Source: an uncultured bacterium (GTDB taxonomy: Bacteria > Verrucomicrobiota > Kiritimatiellia > RFP12 > UBA1067). From it: a stretch of 64,000 nucleotides of DNA. The translations under genes were made by a program, and so were the position numbers. Positions 8,851-17,820 of this stretch are shown here, piece by piece. The stretch lies in contig CACZCD010000001.1 in the NCBI GenBank assembly GCA_902779565.1, positions 3,929 to 67,928 on the forward strand, in the 5' to 3' direction. Numbering within the stretch: position 1 is the first letter of the stretch; each line of letters opens with the position of its first letter. A model generated the notes under the pieces. It worked only from the letters and a program-made list of their open reading frames with translations, was not told the DNA's origin and did not search any database.

Positions 8851-9558
8851 TTATTCCGCCTTCACGACAATGTTCTTCACCTTTGCCGTTGCGGGCTTCA
8901 GCGATTCGCGCATCCCGTTGCGGCAGCTCACGACAAGCGTGTACGTGCCGGGTTCAGGCGGCTCCGCGAAGACGCAGTCGATGGTCTGGCTATCGCTCCG
9001 CTCCACTGTCGCCGTGGCGACGATGTCGCCCGTCTTGGCGTTGACGAGCCACACGCCCTCGTCCGGGTTGTCCGGCGAGATGCCGAGTTTCTGACCCTGA
9101 ATGAGCACGCGATTCGTGCCGGTGATCTCGGAAACGCGCTTCGTGACGGCGTCCATCACGGCGGCGACCGTACAGGTGAGACCGAGCGTGACGTTCTCCG
9201 GCAGCACCGCCGACATCGCACTCTTGAGCGGATCGAGCGTGCGTATCGTCGCGATGAGCTGGTGCCGTTCCGGATCGAACGCCTCATCCTCGCTCATGAA
9301 CGCGCCGCGTATCGCGAAGCCCGTGGTGAGCTGTCCGAGGTTAATGCGGTAGCCCGCAATCAGCTGAGTCATGATCTCCTCCGAGAGCGCGTCGAGGAAG
9401 TACTTCCACAGCGATGCGTCCTGCTTGGTGCGCTCCGCAAGACGCTCCGCGAGTTCATCGCGCCCGATCGTGCCGTTCGTCTGAACGTGGGCTGTATAGA
9501 CCACGCGATCCGTGATTGCGTCAGGAACACGCGTCAGGGAGAATACGATATTGTCCAT
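8851..9558 (-). CDS. HU-like DNA-binding domain protein of the Bacteroidetes type, paralog B
   Basis: 235 aa. TNGTIGRDELAERLAERT matches the ...TGTIDxDELAEEIAE... helix of Bacteroidetes HU-like proteins, and the C-terminal region is beta-rich. Confidence 0.55.
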   Translation of the reverse strand: MDNIVFSLTRVPDAITDRVVYTAHVQTNGTIGRDELAERLAERTKQDASLWKYFLDALSEEIMTQLIAGYRINLGQLTTGFAIRGAFMSEDEAFDPERHQLIATIRTLDPLKSAMSAVLPENVTLGLTCTVAAVMDAVTKRVSEITGTNRVLIQGQKLGISPDNPDEGVWLVNAKTGDIVATATVERSDSQTIDCVFAEPPEPGTYTLVVSCRNGMRESLKPATAKVKNIVVKAE

Positions 9559-9571
9559 TGCATTCCCCCTT

Positions 9572-9763
9572 TCACTTGTTCACCTGAATGCCGAACGGCA
9601 CGCCAAGCCCCACAACCCCGATTGTGTGTGCGGAGTCCGCCGGAGTCGTGACGGCGGTGCATCCCGCAAGCGCCGCACCTGCGACGCCCGCAACGGCCGC
9701 AACTGCGGCCCGTACCGCCTCCTTCAGGAAGGCGATCAGCTTGTTCTTCAGCTTGCTTTTCAT
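9572..9763 (-). CDS. Small lipoprotein (64 aa) with signal peptide and lipobox LAGC
   Basis: MKSKLKNKLIAFLKEAVRAAVAAVAGVAGAALAGCTAV.... The ORF-track start at 9952 is probably over-extended. Confidence 0.4.
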   Translation of the reverse strand: MKSKLKNKLIAFLKEAVRAAVAAVAGVAGAALAGCTAVTTPADSAHTIGVVGLGVPFGIQVNK

Positions 9764-9876
9764 TGACTGTTTTCCTTTGTCTGCATTGAACGGCGGCGAG
9801 CGCATGGCCACGCGGACATGTACGTCCTCCGCCACCATGCATTGGCGTCGGGGATGCGTCCGGGTTCGGAAAATCT

Positions 9877-10374
9877 TCAGAAACCTTCCGCCGCCCACAA
9901 CGCCTTGAACCGCGAAATGAATCCCGGCAGAACATGACGCCGGAACGTCCACATGGCGATGCCGATCTCCGCCGCGACCTTCTTCCAGTTCAGCAGCTTC
10001 ATGTAAAGTTCGGCAATCCGGCGATCCTCCGGCGAAAGCCGAGCGACGGTGTGGCGCACCGCAAGGCGGTCACGCTCCCGGACACGCTGACGCGACGACA
10101 TGGCGTACATGTCCCGCACGGCCTCAACGGCAGGCTCTCCACACCGCATCTGCCACGGAATGAGGGACCGAAAATTGCGCCGCCCTTCGTTCTGCGCCTC
10201 GTTCAAAGCCAAGGAAAGCGCAGCCTTCCGACCGCGCTCCCCTTTATCCTTATTATAGTGCAACCTCCGCAGTATCATGTTCTCGACATCCGATTCGTCG
10301 AGTCCATACGGACGATGCTCACGCACATAGCGCCTCGACCAATGCCGAGCGAAGTCGATTGATTTCCGGTCCAT
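9877..10374 (-). CDS. Sigma-70 region-4-like / LuxR-type HTH DNA-binding regulator
   Basis: C-terminal SPEDRRIAELYMKLLNWKKVAAEIGIAMWTFRRH is a region-4-type HTH. It is 165 aa with no clear region 2. Confidence 0.45.
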   Translation of the reverse strand: MDRKSIDFARHWSRRYVREHRPYGLDESDVENMILRRLHYNKDKGERGRKAALSLALNEAQNEGRRNFRSLIPWQMRCGEPAVEAVRDMYAMSSRQRVRERDRLAVRHTVARLSPEDRRIAELYMKLLNWKKVAAEIGIAMWTFRRHVLPGFISRFKALWAAEGF

Positions 10375-10479
10375 GCCAATGTCCTTTTTCTGGTGGAGGT
10401 CCGGCCCATTCCAGACACTCCCAAGACATTGGCATCGACTTCGCCATCAGGTTCGGTTTCAACGAAAACAATTCAAAAA

Positions 10480-10625
10480 ACTTAGCAGGGTGCGACACCC
10501 GGACATCGCACCCTGCAATCACCAAACTCCGCAAGGTGCGACACGGACACTTCGCACCCTGCGACTCTCTCTTGTTGCACCCTGCAACATCGCGCTATCG
10601 CACCTTGCCACTTTCGCCCGTCATA
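10480..10625. promoter_or_regulatory. Iteron-like operator array: two good and two degenerate ~46-bp direct repeats, each with an internal dyad GGTGCGA-N10-TCGCACC
   Basis: GCAGGGTGCGAcacccggacaTCGCACCCTGC, then caaGGTGCGAcacggacactTCGCACCCTGCGAC, then gcaccctgcaac...tcgcacc and ccctgcgac. It sits upstream of the sigma-like gene in a 430-bp noncoding gap. Confidence 0.4.
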
Positions 10626-10803
10626 CCCTGCGACTCAAAAAACCTCTTTTAGGGCACCCAAACCACCGCCCCCGCATCATCGCGCCGCCCCTCCGCTCAT
10701 GCATTGAAGGCCCCTGTTCTCCACCGTTTTAACAAAGGAGGGCCGCCACCGACATTGGCCTGCCTTCCGAATTCATTGGTGCAATAGCTTGTTCATTCAT
10801 AGT

Positions 10804-11634
10804 TTACATCTTTGGCATCGTGTCCTTCATGCCAAGCGCAAGATACTTGGAGCGCGCATAGTCGTAGTACTTGAGATCGACTATGGAATTCTCTGGAATG
10901 CCGATCGAGGCAAGGTAGCGGTGACGTGCAGTGGTGTCCACGCCATCGGTGCAGCCGGGCACAACAAGGCAGCGAACCTCCATCTTCGCCTTCGCCGCGA
11001 CCAGCCGCTCAAGATTCTTCCTGACGATCTTGTTTGAAACTCCCGTGTACTTCATGTGCAACGTATCGTCCTCGGCCTTGTAGTCTGGGAGCCACAGGTC
11101 CGTGACGGGCAGCATCGCGTCAATCGCAGCGGGTGGCGCGTAGAGCGATGTGTCAAGGCATGTATGAAGTCCGGCGGCCTTGAATGCCTTGAACAGCTCC
11201 GCCGCCCATTCCCAGAAGAACAGCGGTTCGCCGCCGGAGAGCGTCACGCCACCGCCCGACTCGTCGTAGAACGCCTTGTCCTCAAGAGCCTTCGCGACGA
11301 TCTCGGGAATCGTCATCGGCTTGCCGTAGAGCTTGAGCGCCCGCGTCGGACACGTTGCCTCGTCCATCGTGCAATGCTCGTGGTGCTTGCACAGGTGCTG
11401 GAACCGCGCCCACTGCGCCTCAGACTTTATCGATTCGGGGTTGTGGCACCAGATGCACTTCAAGGGGCACCCCTTCACGAAGAAGGTCGTGCGGATGCCC
11501 GGCCCGTCCCAGATCGCCATCCGTTTAGTGTCGAGCATCAGCGGCGCCTTAACGGCACGCCCGGCTGCGGACAGCATTGGGCTTACGGCAAACGCTGTCG
11601 AAGATACGATGAAACTCTTGCGCGTTACAGTCAT
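10804..11634 (-). CDS. Glycyl-radical enzyme activating enzyme (radical SAM)
   Basis: WDGPGIRTTFFVKGCPLKCIWCHNPES (CX3CX2C radical-SAM cluster in the GRE-AE context), plus a second Cys cluster CKHHEHC...C. The true start is probably an internal Met (e.g. 11538). Confidence 0.75.
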   Translation of the reverse strand: MTVTRKSFIVSSTAFAVSPMLSAAGRAVKAPLMLDTKRMAIWDGPGIRTTFFVKGCPLKCIWCHNPESIKSEAQWARFQHLCKHHEHCTMDEATCPTRALKLYGKPMTIPEIVAKALEDKAFYDESGGGVTLSGGEPLFFWEWAAELFKAFKAAGLHTCLDTSLYAPPAAIDAMLPVTDLWLPDYKAEDDTLHMKYTGVSNKIVRKNLERLVAAKAKMEVRCLVVPGCTDGVDTTARHRYLASIGIPENSIVDLKYYDYARSKYLALGMKDTMPKM

Positions 11635-11717
11635 TATGTCACCACTGCTTCATGATATTCTCGGCACGGCGGATGTAGGCATGCCCTTATTGTGCCACAT
11701 TGGCGCATCAGCCACTT

Positions 11718-14700
11718 TCAAGGCAAATATGGACGAATGCAGACGAAATTGACGCCCAGGCGCTCACCCTTGGACGCGGCCTCGTCCGTGATCACGAGTT
11801 CCGTTTCGCCGCGCTCGGCCGCAAACACGACCTGATGCAGGTTGATCCGCCCGTATTTGCCCTTCTTCTTGCTGACCTTCGTGCTGCGGTCAACATATGA
11901 CCAGCTGAGTTCGGGAAGCAACCGCACACCGTCCTTGAAGATGGCCTTAAGCGGAATTTCGCGCGGGTTGGCCTTTCCGGCCTTCATGTCGTCCACATCA
12001 AACGTGGCGTACCTGAGAACGTATGTCCTCCCAGCGACAAGGCCGCAGACCGACTGCGTAAGGTTGTTCGCGGTTTCGCCGCGCTTGAACGAAGCGAAGG
12101 TGTCGCCGCATCCAGTTCTGCCCGCCAGATAACGGTTTTCGGCCCACTCGGCAAGCTTGGGGCATTCGTCAAGCGTCACGTCCCCATGCACCTTCCACGG
12201 CCCGAAAGCGTGCTCGAAATCGCCGTTCCGGAGATGGCCCGGGATGTAGCGCAGACCATACTGCTCCGCAATCGAATCGGTGCGTCCCTCTATGCAGTAG
12301 TGCCGCATCAGGCGGAACGACCAGCGCAGCGTATCGTCATCGGCATGATGGGCGCCCCAGTAACCGGCGGCGACGAGACCATCGCATCGCGGGTCGGTGG
12401 CGAGCGCGTGTATCTGCATCGCGAGATACGCGTTGTAATCGACCTCGGGATGGTGCGCGATCGAAAGCTGCAGAAGCCCCGTGAAGTTCCCACTGACCAC
12501 GCCCAGGCAGTCCTGGCAGAACGGATGCGTATCGCGATACAGCCCCACGCCGACAATCATGGATTCGATGGCCGCAAGCGCCTCAGCCTCCGTCTTTTTC
12601 GTGCGCATATAGCGCTCGTTGAGGAGAAGTCCGCGCCCATGGCCGGCATTCGCAATCGCCGCGAACATCTCGGACTCAATCGGCCGCCGCGTTGGCGACG
12701 CGATCACCCAGGTGCAGACCGTCCGCTCCGTGTCGCGTTCCGCGCAGAACTTCTCGATGGCGTCTATGAACTCCATGTTGGTCTTGTCGTTCTTCGGGCG
12801 GAGTCCCTGTTCGTCGAGCGTGATGCCGTCGCATGCGCGCTGGTTCAGCCCCGTCGATCTGCCGATGTTCCTGCTCATCCTCTCGGCCGTGCCGAGCGTC
12901 CTCACGTTCGCGAGCCACTGCCGCCCGAGGTCGTGCAACCGCCCGATGCTCTCCTTGGGCGCAGGCCCGCCGTTCATCGTCGTCACGCTTGGAACCACGT
13001 AGCGCCAGTAGAAGTCCCAATCGTAGCTCTCCTTGAGCGGCAGCTTGCGCGCGTAGGGGGCATAACAGATGATCATGGGGATCTCGCGCACCGCAATCCG
13101 CCCGGCGCCCTTGACGGCAAGCTGGTGCTCGCCTTGAGAAACAAGCCGCACCGTCTCCAGGGCGGGCGTGCCGTTCGTTATCACGCACTGCCCGTCAAGG
13201 CTTACCTCCGCGCTGTCAGCACCCGACACTCCGATGAACACCCATCCGTGTCTCCGCGTCTCGAACAGAAACTCTCCGGACGTCTCCTCCCCTGGCATTT
13301 TGGCGTCCAGCACCTCGGTCACGTAGTTGTTGAGTCGTTTGCGCCGCTCGGGATGCTTGATCTCCTGCACGGTCTCCACGCCGTACCGATACTTCTTCTC
13401 GTGTATTGCCGTTCCATCGCTGCGGCGCACCAGCGAAACCGTCATACAACCGGAATCGGCATTCTCCGGTAACGTGAAGAACATCTCGTCGCGCACAAGC
13501 GGTGCCCGCAGTTCGCCGCCCCATCCTTCGGAAGATATGAAGACGTCGCAAGTGCTCAGATCGGCGCCGCCCGGCAACTCCCCGAAAAAGCGAAACGAGA
13601 AACGCCGGTCGTCGCTTCTGATCCGCGCAAGCCGGCGGCTCCAAGGCACGAAGCGGGGCTTGCCGTCCACGGATTCGACGGTCCTGTCGGCATCCGAATG
13701 GGCAGTCCAGAATATGGCCGGCCTCAGATCGACATCGCCATCTGCGAGCGTAAACTTCACGTCCTCGAGCTTCACGTTGTCGGCGCAGTCGATGTAGAGG
13801 CCGAATGCCGGCAGGATTGAGGACCCGAAGCTGACCGCAGCATCAGGATACGCTCCCGGCAGCTTCGGCACGGGCTTTTCCATCGCCTCCTTGCTCTTCT
13901 CCTCCCCGGCACCATGGCATGTGATCTTCACGTTCCGCAACGTTACGTTCTTCGCGCGGCATCCGTCAACGCCGGTGATGGAGCTCGCCACAACGCCGTC
14001 CGCCTCGCCCGTCACGTTCTCGATCACGATGTCGCGCAGGATGTAGCTTTTGCCCGGCGACACTCCGGTTGAACGCCCGGTGCGCGTGCCGCCGCGCACG
14101 AATATCGGAACCTTCGCGCCATTCTCAAACGTTATACCGCTGTACCGCACCTGCTCCACCATTCCACCGTCCACGCACTCAACGGAGATGGCCGAGTTGG
14201 CAACGCCGAACGGCGCGCGCTTCGTCGCGCGCCAGAAATACCTGTTCTTCCCGCGATGTTTGGGATTCTTCGAAAGACAGTCGCGCCTCGCGGCCTCGCA
14301 GCGACAGTCTTCGAAGCGGATATTGCGCACCGTGCCGTGGCTGGCCGTGCCTATCTTGAACACGTTGCATTGCGAGCGCCCCACGCAGCGGCGGATCAGG
14401 ACGTTCTCCACGGTGTAGTCTGGGTCGTTGGATTTTATGCAGAACGCATCGTCGCCCGAATCGACATCGCAGTCCTCGATAAGCACGTTCTTCGCCTCGA
14501 TGTCGAACCCGTCGTTGAAGGAATCGGCATGGCTATCGACCTTCACGCGCCGCGCCACAACGTCCTCGCAGCGCTTGAACACGATTCCCCAGCAGGCCGC
14601 GTCGCGCAGGGTGAAATCCTCCAGACGCACCCCCTTGCAGTCCCCGAAGAACAGTCCGCGTGCGTTCAGGCCCTCGCGGCAACCCTTGACGTCCTTCGGG

Positions 14701-15065
14701 CGCTGCGGCCAGCTGAAGCCGTCGCCAAACACCGTCCCCGGCCCCGTGACCGCAACGTTCGTGGCGCAGAGCGCGAACACCACCGCGCTCCACGTCCCCT
14801 CGGAACACGGAAGTTCGGTTACGCGGTAGTCCTTGATGTTCGCAGACCCTTGCAGAACTGCGCCTTCGGCAAGATGCAGCTCCACATTGCTCTTGAGGTC
14901 AAGCTGTCCCACAAGATGCCGCCCGGCCGGCACAACCACCCGTCCACCGCCAGCCGCGTTCGCCGCATCGATCGCGGTCTGCCAGCGCGCGGTTTCGAAA
15001 CCATCTGCAAAAGCGGCCAGCTTGATTGCGCCGGCCGCCGCTACGCAAAATGCACGCAACATCAC
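11718..15065 (-). CDS. Large secreted multidomain glycoside hydrolase with an N-terminal GH28 (pectin-lyase-fold) domain
   Basis: 1115 aa with a signal peptide. GH28 motifs: SGDDAFCIKS (GDD catalytic) and GTASHG (GHG). A long uncharacterised C-terminal region follows. Confidence 0.7.
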   Translation of the reverse strand: MMLRAFCVAAAGAIKLAAFADGFETARWQTAIDAANAAGGGRVVVPAGRHLVGQLDLKSNVELHLAEGAVLQGSANIKDYRVTELPCSEGTWSAVVFALCATNVAVTGPGTVFGDGFSWPQRPKDVKGCREGLNARGLFFGDCKGVRLEDFTLRDAACWGIVFKRCEDVVARRVKVDSHADSFNDGFDIEAKNVLIEDCDVDSGDDAFCIKSNDPDYTVENVLIRRCVGRSQCNVFKIGTASHGTVRNIRFEDCRCEAARRDCLSKNPKHRGKNRYFWRATKRAPFGVANSAISVECVDGGMVEQVRYSGITFENGAKVPIFVRGGTRTGRSTGVSPGKSYILRDIVIENVTGEADGVVASSITGVDGCRAKNVTLRNVKITCHGAGEEKSKEAMEKPVPKLPGAYPDAAVSFGSSILPAFGLYIDCADNVKLEDVKFTLADGDVDLRPAIFWTAHSDADRTVESVDGKPRFVPWSRRLARIRSDDRRFSFRFFGELPGGADLSTCDVFISSEGWGGELRAPLVRDEMFFTLPENADSGCMTVSLVRRSDGTAIHEKKYRYGVETVQEIKHPERRKRLNNYVTEVLDAKMPGEETSGEFLFETRRHGWVFIGVSGADSAEVSLDGQCVITNGTPALETVRLVSQGEHQLAVKGAGRIAVREIPMIICYAPYARKLPLKESYDWDFYWRYVVPSVTTMNGGPAPKESIGRLHDLGRQWLANVRTLGTAERMSRNIGRSTGLNQRACDGITLDEQGLRPKNDKTNMEFIDAIEKFCAERDTERTVCTWVIASPTRRPIESEMFAAIANAGHGRGLLLNERYMRTKKTEAEALAAIESMIVGVGLYRDTHPFCQDCLGVVSGNFTGLLQLSIAHHPEVDYNAYLAMQIHALATDPRCDGLVAAGYWGAHHADDDTLRWSFRLMRHYCIEGRTDSIAEQYGLRYIPGHLRNGDFEHAFGPWKVHGDVTLDECPKLAEWAENRYLAGRTGCGDTFASFKRGETANNLTQSVCGLVAGRTYVLRYATFDVDDMKAGKANPREIPLKAIFKDGVRLLPELSWSYVDRSTKVSKKKGKYGRINLHQVVFAAERGETELVITDEAASKGERLGVNFVCIRPYLP

Positions 15066-16402
15066 TCAATGCTCCCCATGCAGACGAGACGCACACCGTG
15101 CGTCTCGCTTCTATACGTCGGAGAGCCGTTCCCACGCGAAGCAGACCTGCATAAAGAAGCCGCACTTCCGTAGTAACCTCCACGCACAACGCGCATAGAT
15201 GAAGTGCCACGCCGCGGAGACTGGCCATCGTCGGAGACGTTTGCCGCTCCGTTGAGGCTGGAGCAGTCGTCCACATAGTAGTCGTGGCACCATTCCCCCA
15301 AGTTGCCATGCATATCGTAGAGTCCCCAACTATTCTTGCCGTACGACCCGACAGCCGCAGTTGCGTTGTTGGTGGTGCAGAACCTGTCGGGAGCGTCCGT
15401 ACCGTTCACAAGCCCGCCGTTGTACTTGTACCGCCCTGGCAGATTGGAATCTTCTTCCGCATTAGAGTACGGAGTGCCGTCGCCCCATTTGCCTTCGCCG
15501 TTGCCGGCGCGGCAAGCGAATTCCCACTGCGCTTCCGTGGGCATGTCGAAGTCTATGCTTGTCCGCTTGCGAATCATTCCGAGAAATGAATTCTTATGTG
15601 GTGCTTGGGGCCAGTAGGTGGTCTTGTCTGGTTGCACCTGGCTGGTAGTCACCCACCCGGAACACCTGATCTCGGTATAGGCAACGCGATCTACCGGACG
15701 CATTGCTTTGTATGCCTCGTTCGTGTATATGCTGGGGCACTTCCCCATCACGTGATACCATTGCGTCTGGGTCACGGGGAATACGCCGATGTAGTAGTCG
15801 TTCGAGAGCGTCACGAGATGCGGAATTTCGTTTGCCGAGTTGCGCCCAGCCTCGTTGACGCTGCCCATGGTCCACTCCACGTTCTTCGCGTGGATGCGGC
15901 GCATGACCATCTTCGTGGTGCGGTAGTCGTCGTTGCCAAGAAGGCCGCCGGGAAGGAACTCCTCGGACGGATAGTACGCCTGCGTATTTGTCGATACGGT
16001 TGTGATATCCACCACCATGTAGTCCGGCGGCGCGTTCGTCTCCCAGGCCGTGAGAACGGCGCGGATGTTGTTCGCGGGAACCCTGTGTCCCGGCCACGAG
16101 AGGTCGGGCCGCCATTTGATGGAGTAGCGCGACTTGCCGCCAACGATACGGAACACGTCGCTGTCCTCGGTGAAGTTCTGGATGTGTTCGCCGCCGATCG
16201 ACACCCATCCGTTCGCGCCGTTCGTCTGCACGTCAAGCGTCACCACCGCCGGAGACTGCGTGAGTGAATACTCGATGGTTACCGTTCGCCTGACTTGCCG
16301 CACCGTCATGTCTGTGACCTCAGGAAGGTCCGCAATTCCGGAGACGGCGGCGCACGCCGTAATTGCCGCCGCGAATGCCATTTTCATCTTCTGTGCTTTC
16401 AT
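15062..16402 (-). CDS. FGE-sulfatase (SUMF1/EgtB/PvdO) domain protein with N-terminal signal peptide and extra N-terminal domain
   Basis: The C-terminal half ...WEFACRAGNGEGKWGDG...RVVRGGYYGSAASLCRSASRG...HGVRLVC matches the formylglycine-generating-enzyme-like fold. ATGA overlap with the GH28 gene. Confidence 0.65.
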   Translation of the reverse strand: MKAQKMKMAFAAAITACAAVSGIADLPEVTDMTVRQVRRTVTIEYSLTQSPAVVTLDVQTNGANGWVSIGGEHIQNFTEDSDVFRIVGGKSRYSIKWRPDLSWPGHRVPANNIRAVLTAWETNAPPDYMVVDITTVSTNTQAYYPSEEFLPGGLLGNDDYRTTKMVMRRIHAKNVEWTMGSVNEAGRNSANEIPHLVTLSNDYYIGVFPVTQTQWYHVMGKCPSIYTNEAYKAMRPVDRVAYTEIRCSGWVTTSQVQPDKTTYWPQAPHKNSFLGMIRKRTSIDFDMPTEAQWEFACRAGNGEGKWGDGTPYSNAEEDSNLPGRYKYNGGLVNGTDAPDRFCTTNNATAAVGSYGKNSWGLYDMHGNLGEWCHDYYVDDCSSLNGAANVSDDGQSPRRGTSSMRVVRGGYYGSAASLCRSASRGNGSPTYRSETHGVRLVCMGSIE

Positions 16403-16423
16403 TGTTTTTCCTCTTTGATTGGG

Positions 16424-16621
16424 TTACCTGATGCAGACCGAAATTCCACGGAAGAGCCCGTCGCTGTTAAAGTCGAATCCGGAGACCGCCGTTTCCGTGC
16501 AGTATCTGGTATCAAGCTCGAAACCGAACAAAGCCACGCCTGGCATCACCACGTCGTCTGACGCGGTGGAGGCCGCCATCAATGCCGCCGTTGCGGCAAG
16601 AACTGCAATCTTCTTCATCAT
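16424..16621 (-). CDS. Small secreted protein (65 aa)
   Basis: MMKKIAVLAATAALMAASTASDD... signal peptide. Its ATG overlaps the stop of the upstream gene (ATGA). The ORF-track start at 16846 is over-extended. Confidence 0.35.
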   Translation of the reverse strand: MMKKIAVLAATAALMAASTASDDVVMPGVALFGFELDTRYCTETAVSGFDFNSDGLFRGISVCIR

Positions 16622-17685
16622 GCTCTCTCCTTTTGTTTTAATGCTTCTGCGAAAAGATCTATACCCTTGAGGTTGAAGTCGAGGTTCGCCTGCGAACAGC
16701 AGTTGGCCCATGGGGCCATGAGAAAACCGAGGAGGTGTTCGCTCAATATGTGCTTGCGGCAGTACGGCACGAGCGCGCCGATGATGTCGTCGCCGCCGGT
16801 CTTCTGCCGTTTGCGCGCACCGGCGCCCGCCCAGTTCGTGCCGCACGGTATCTGGTCGAAGCCAGCCTTCTCAAGCGCATCGAACGCAGCAAGGCGGTGC
16901 GCGTGCCTGTTGATCTTCGGATCGAGCGACCATTGTCCGAGCTGTTCGTCGTAGTACCAGTTGGACTGCACCACGCTTCTCGGGCAGCGCGTGAAGAACT
17001 CCTCGTGCTCCCAGCCGAAATCACTCCACACCCAGGCGCGCGAGCCAAGCTCCTCCACGCAGCCGACGGTGTAGAGGAAATCGCGCCACCACATGTCGCC
17101 CTGGCGCATGACGAAGTAGTCGCGCCCAGGCGCAAAAAGCGCAGTCTCCTCGTCCCAGCCGAGGTGGAAGAAGCGAGGACGCGAGAAGATCTCCGAAACG
17201 TCACGGATGACGTCTTTGGCCACAATATACCATTCCGGCAGCGTCAACATCCTATGATAATCCTTAAGCCAGCCGTCGTGCGTAGCGGAGAAGTTCAGCT
17301 TCGGGATCGGCTCAAGGCCTGCGGTCCTTAGGCGCTCCACCTCCGCGCGAAGCTTCTCCGCCGACCAGCTGCCCTCAATCGCCAGCTCGGGATGGCTGGG
17401 ATAGATGAGACCCTCGCCGATATCAATCACGATCATGTTGAGATTGCGCTCAACCATCCTATCCGTCACGCGCCGCCAAAGTTCTTCCTTGCATCGAAGG
17501 TTCAGGTCTGGAGTCAGGCGTTTCGGCAGGGAATGCCAAAGATGGCGCGGCAGCCACTCGCCCCACATGTTGTGGCCAAGATGCATCAGCATGGCGCGGA
17601 TGGGTTCCTTCCCGCCTGCATAAGCACCGCCCGCCCCGCGCGTTCCGCGCGAGGCATCGGTGTTGCTATTGATGTCAGTTGCCAT
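16618..17685 (-). CDS. GH20-like (beta-hexosaminidase-fold TIM barrel) protein, family assignment tentative
   Basis: NLNMIVIDIGEGLIY ... EPIPKLNFSATHDGW ... FFHLGWDEE resembles the GH20 catalytic-domain pattern (PEID.PGH ... HIGGDE), with WDEE in place of GGDE. Confidence 0.4.
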   Translation of the reverse strand: MATDINSNTDASRGTRGAGGAYAGGKEPIRAMLMHLGHNMWGEWLPRHLWHSLPKRLTPDLNLRCKEELWRRVTDRMVERNLNMIVIDIGEGLIYPSHPELAIEGSWSAEKLRAEVERLRTAGLEPIPKLNFSATHDGWLKDYHRMLTLPEWYIVAKDVIRDVSEIFSRPRFFHLGWDEETALFAPGRDYFVMRQGDMWWRDFLYTVGCVEELGSRAWVWSDFGWEHEEFFTRCPRSVVQSNWYYDEQLGQWSLDPKINRHAHRLAAFDALEKAGFDQIPCGTNWAGAGARKRQKTGGDDIIGALVPYCRKHILSEHLLGFLMAPWANCCSQANLDFNLKGIDLFAEALKQKERA

Positions 17686-17820
17686 TTGCTTTATGCCGCT
17701 TGATCCTGATGCAACTCTGGTTGTTCCTTAATTGGCGCGTGTTATATCCCGACCGCATCCTATTTCGCAATCCCGATAGAAAGGTGAATCCGCCATCTCG
17801 CATAGGACAGTCATTGTGTG

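Noticed and set aside
12186-13472. 428-aa plus-strand ORF inside the GH28 gene
   Set aside because: It is antisense to a gene with clear GH28 motifs, has low-complexity composition, and has no RBS or context.
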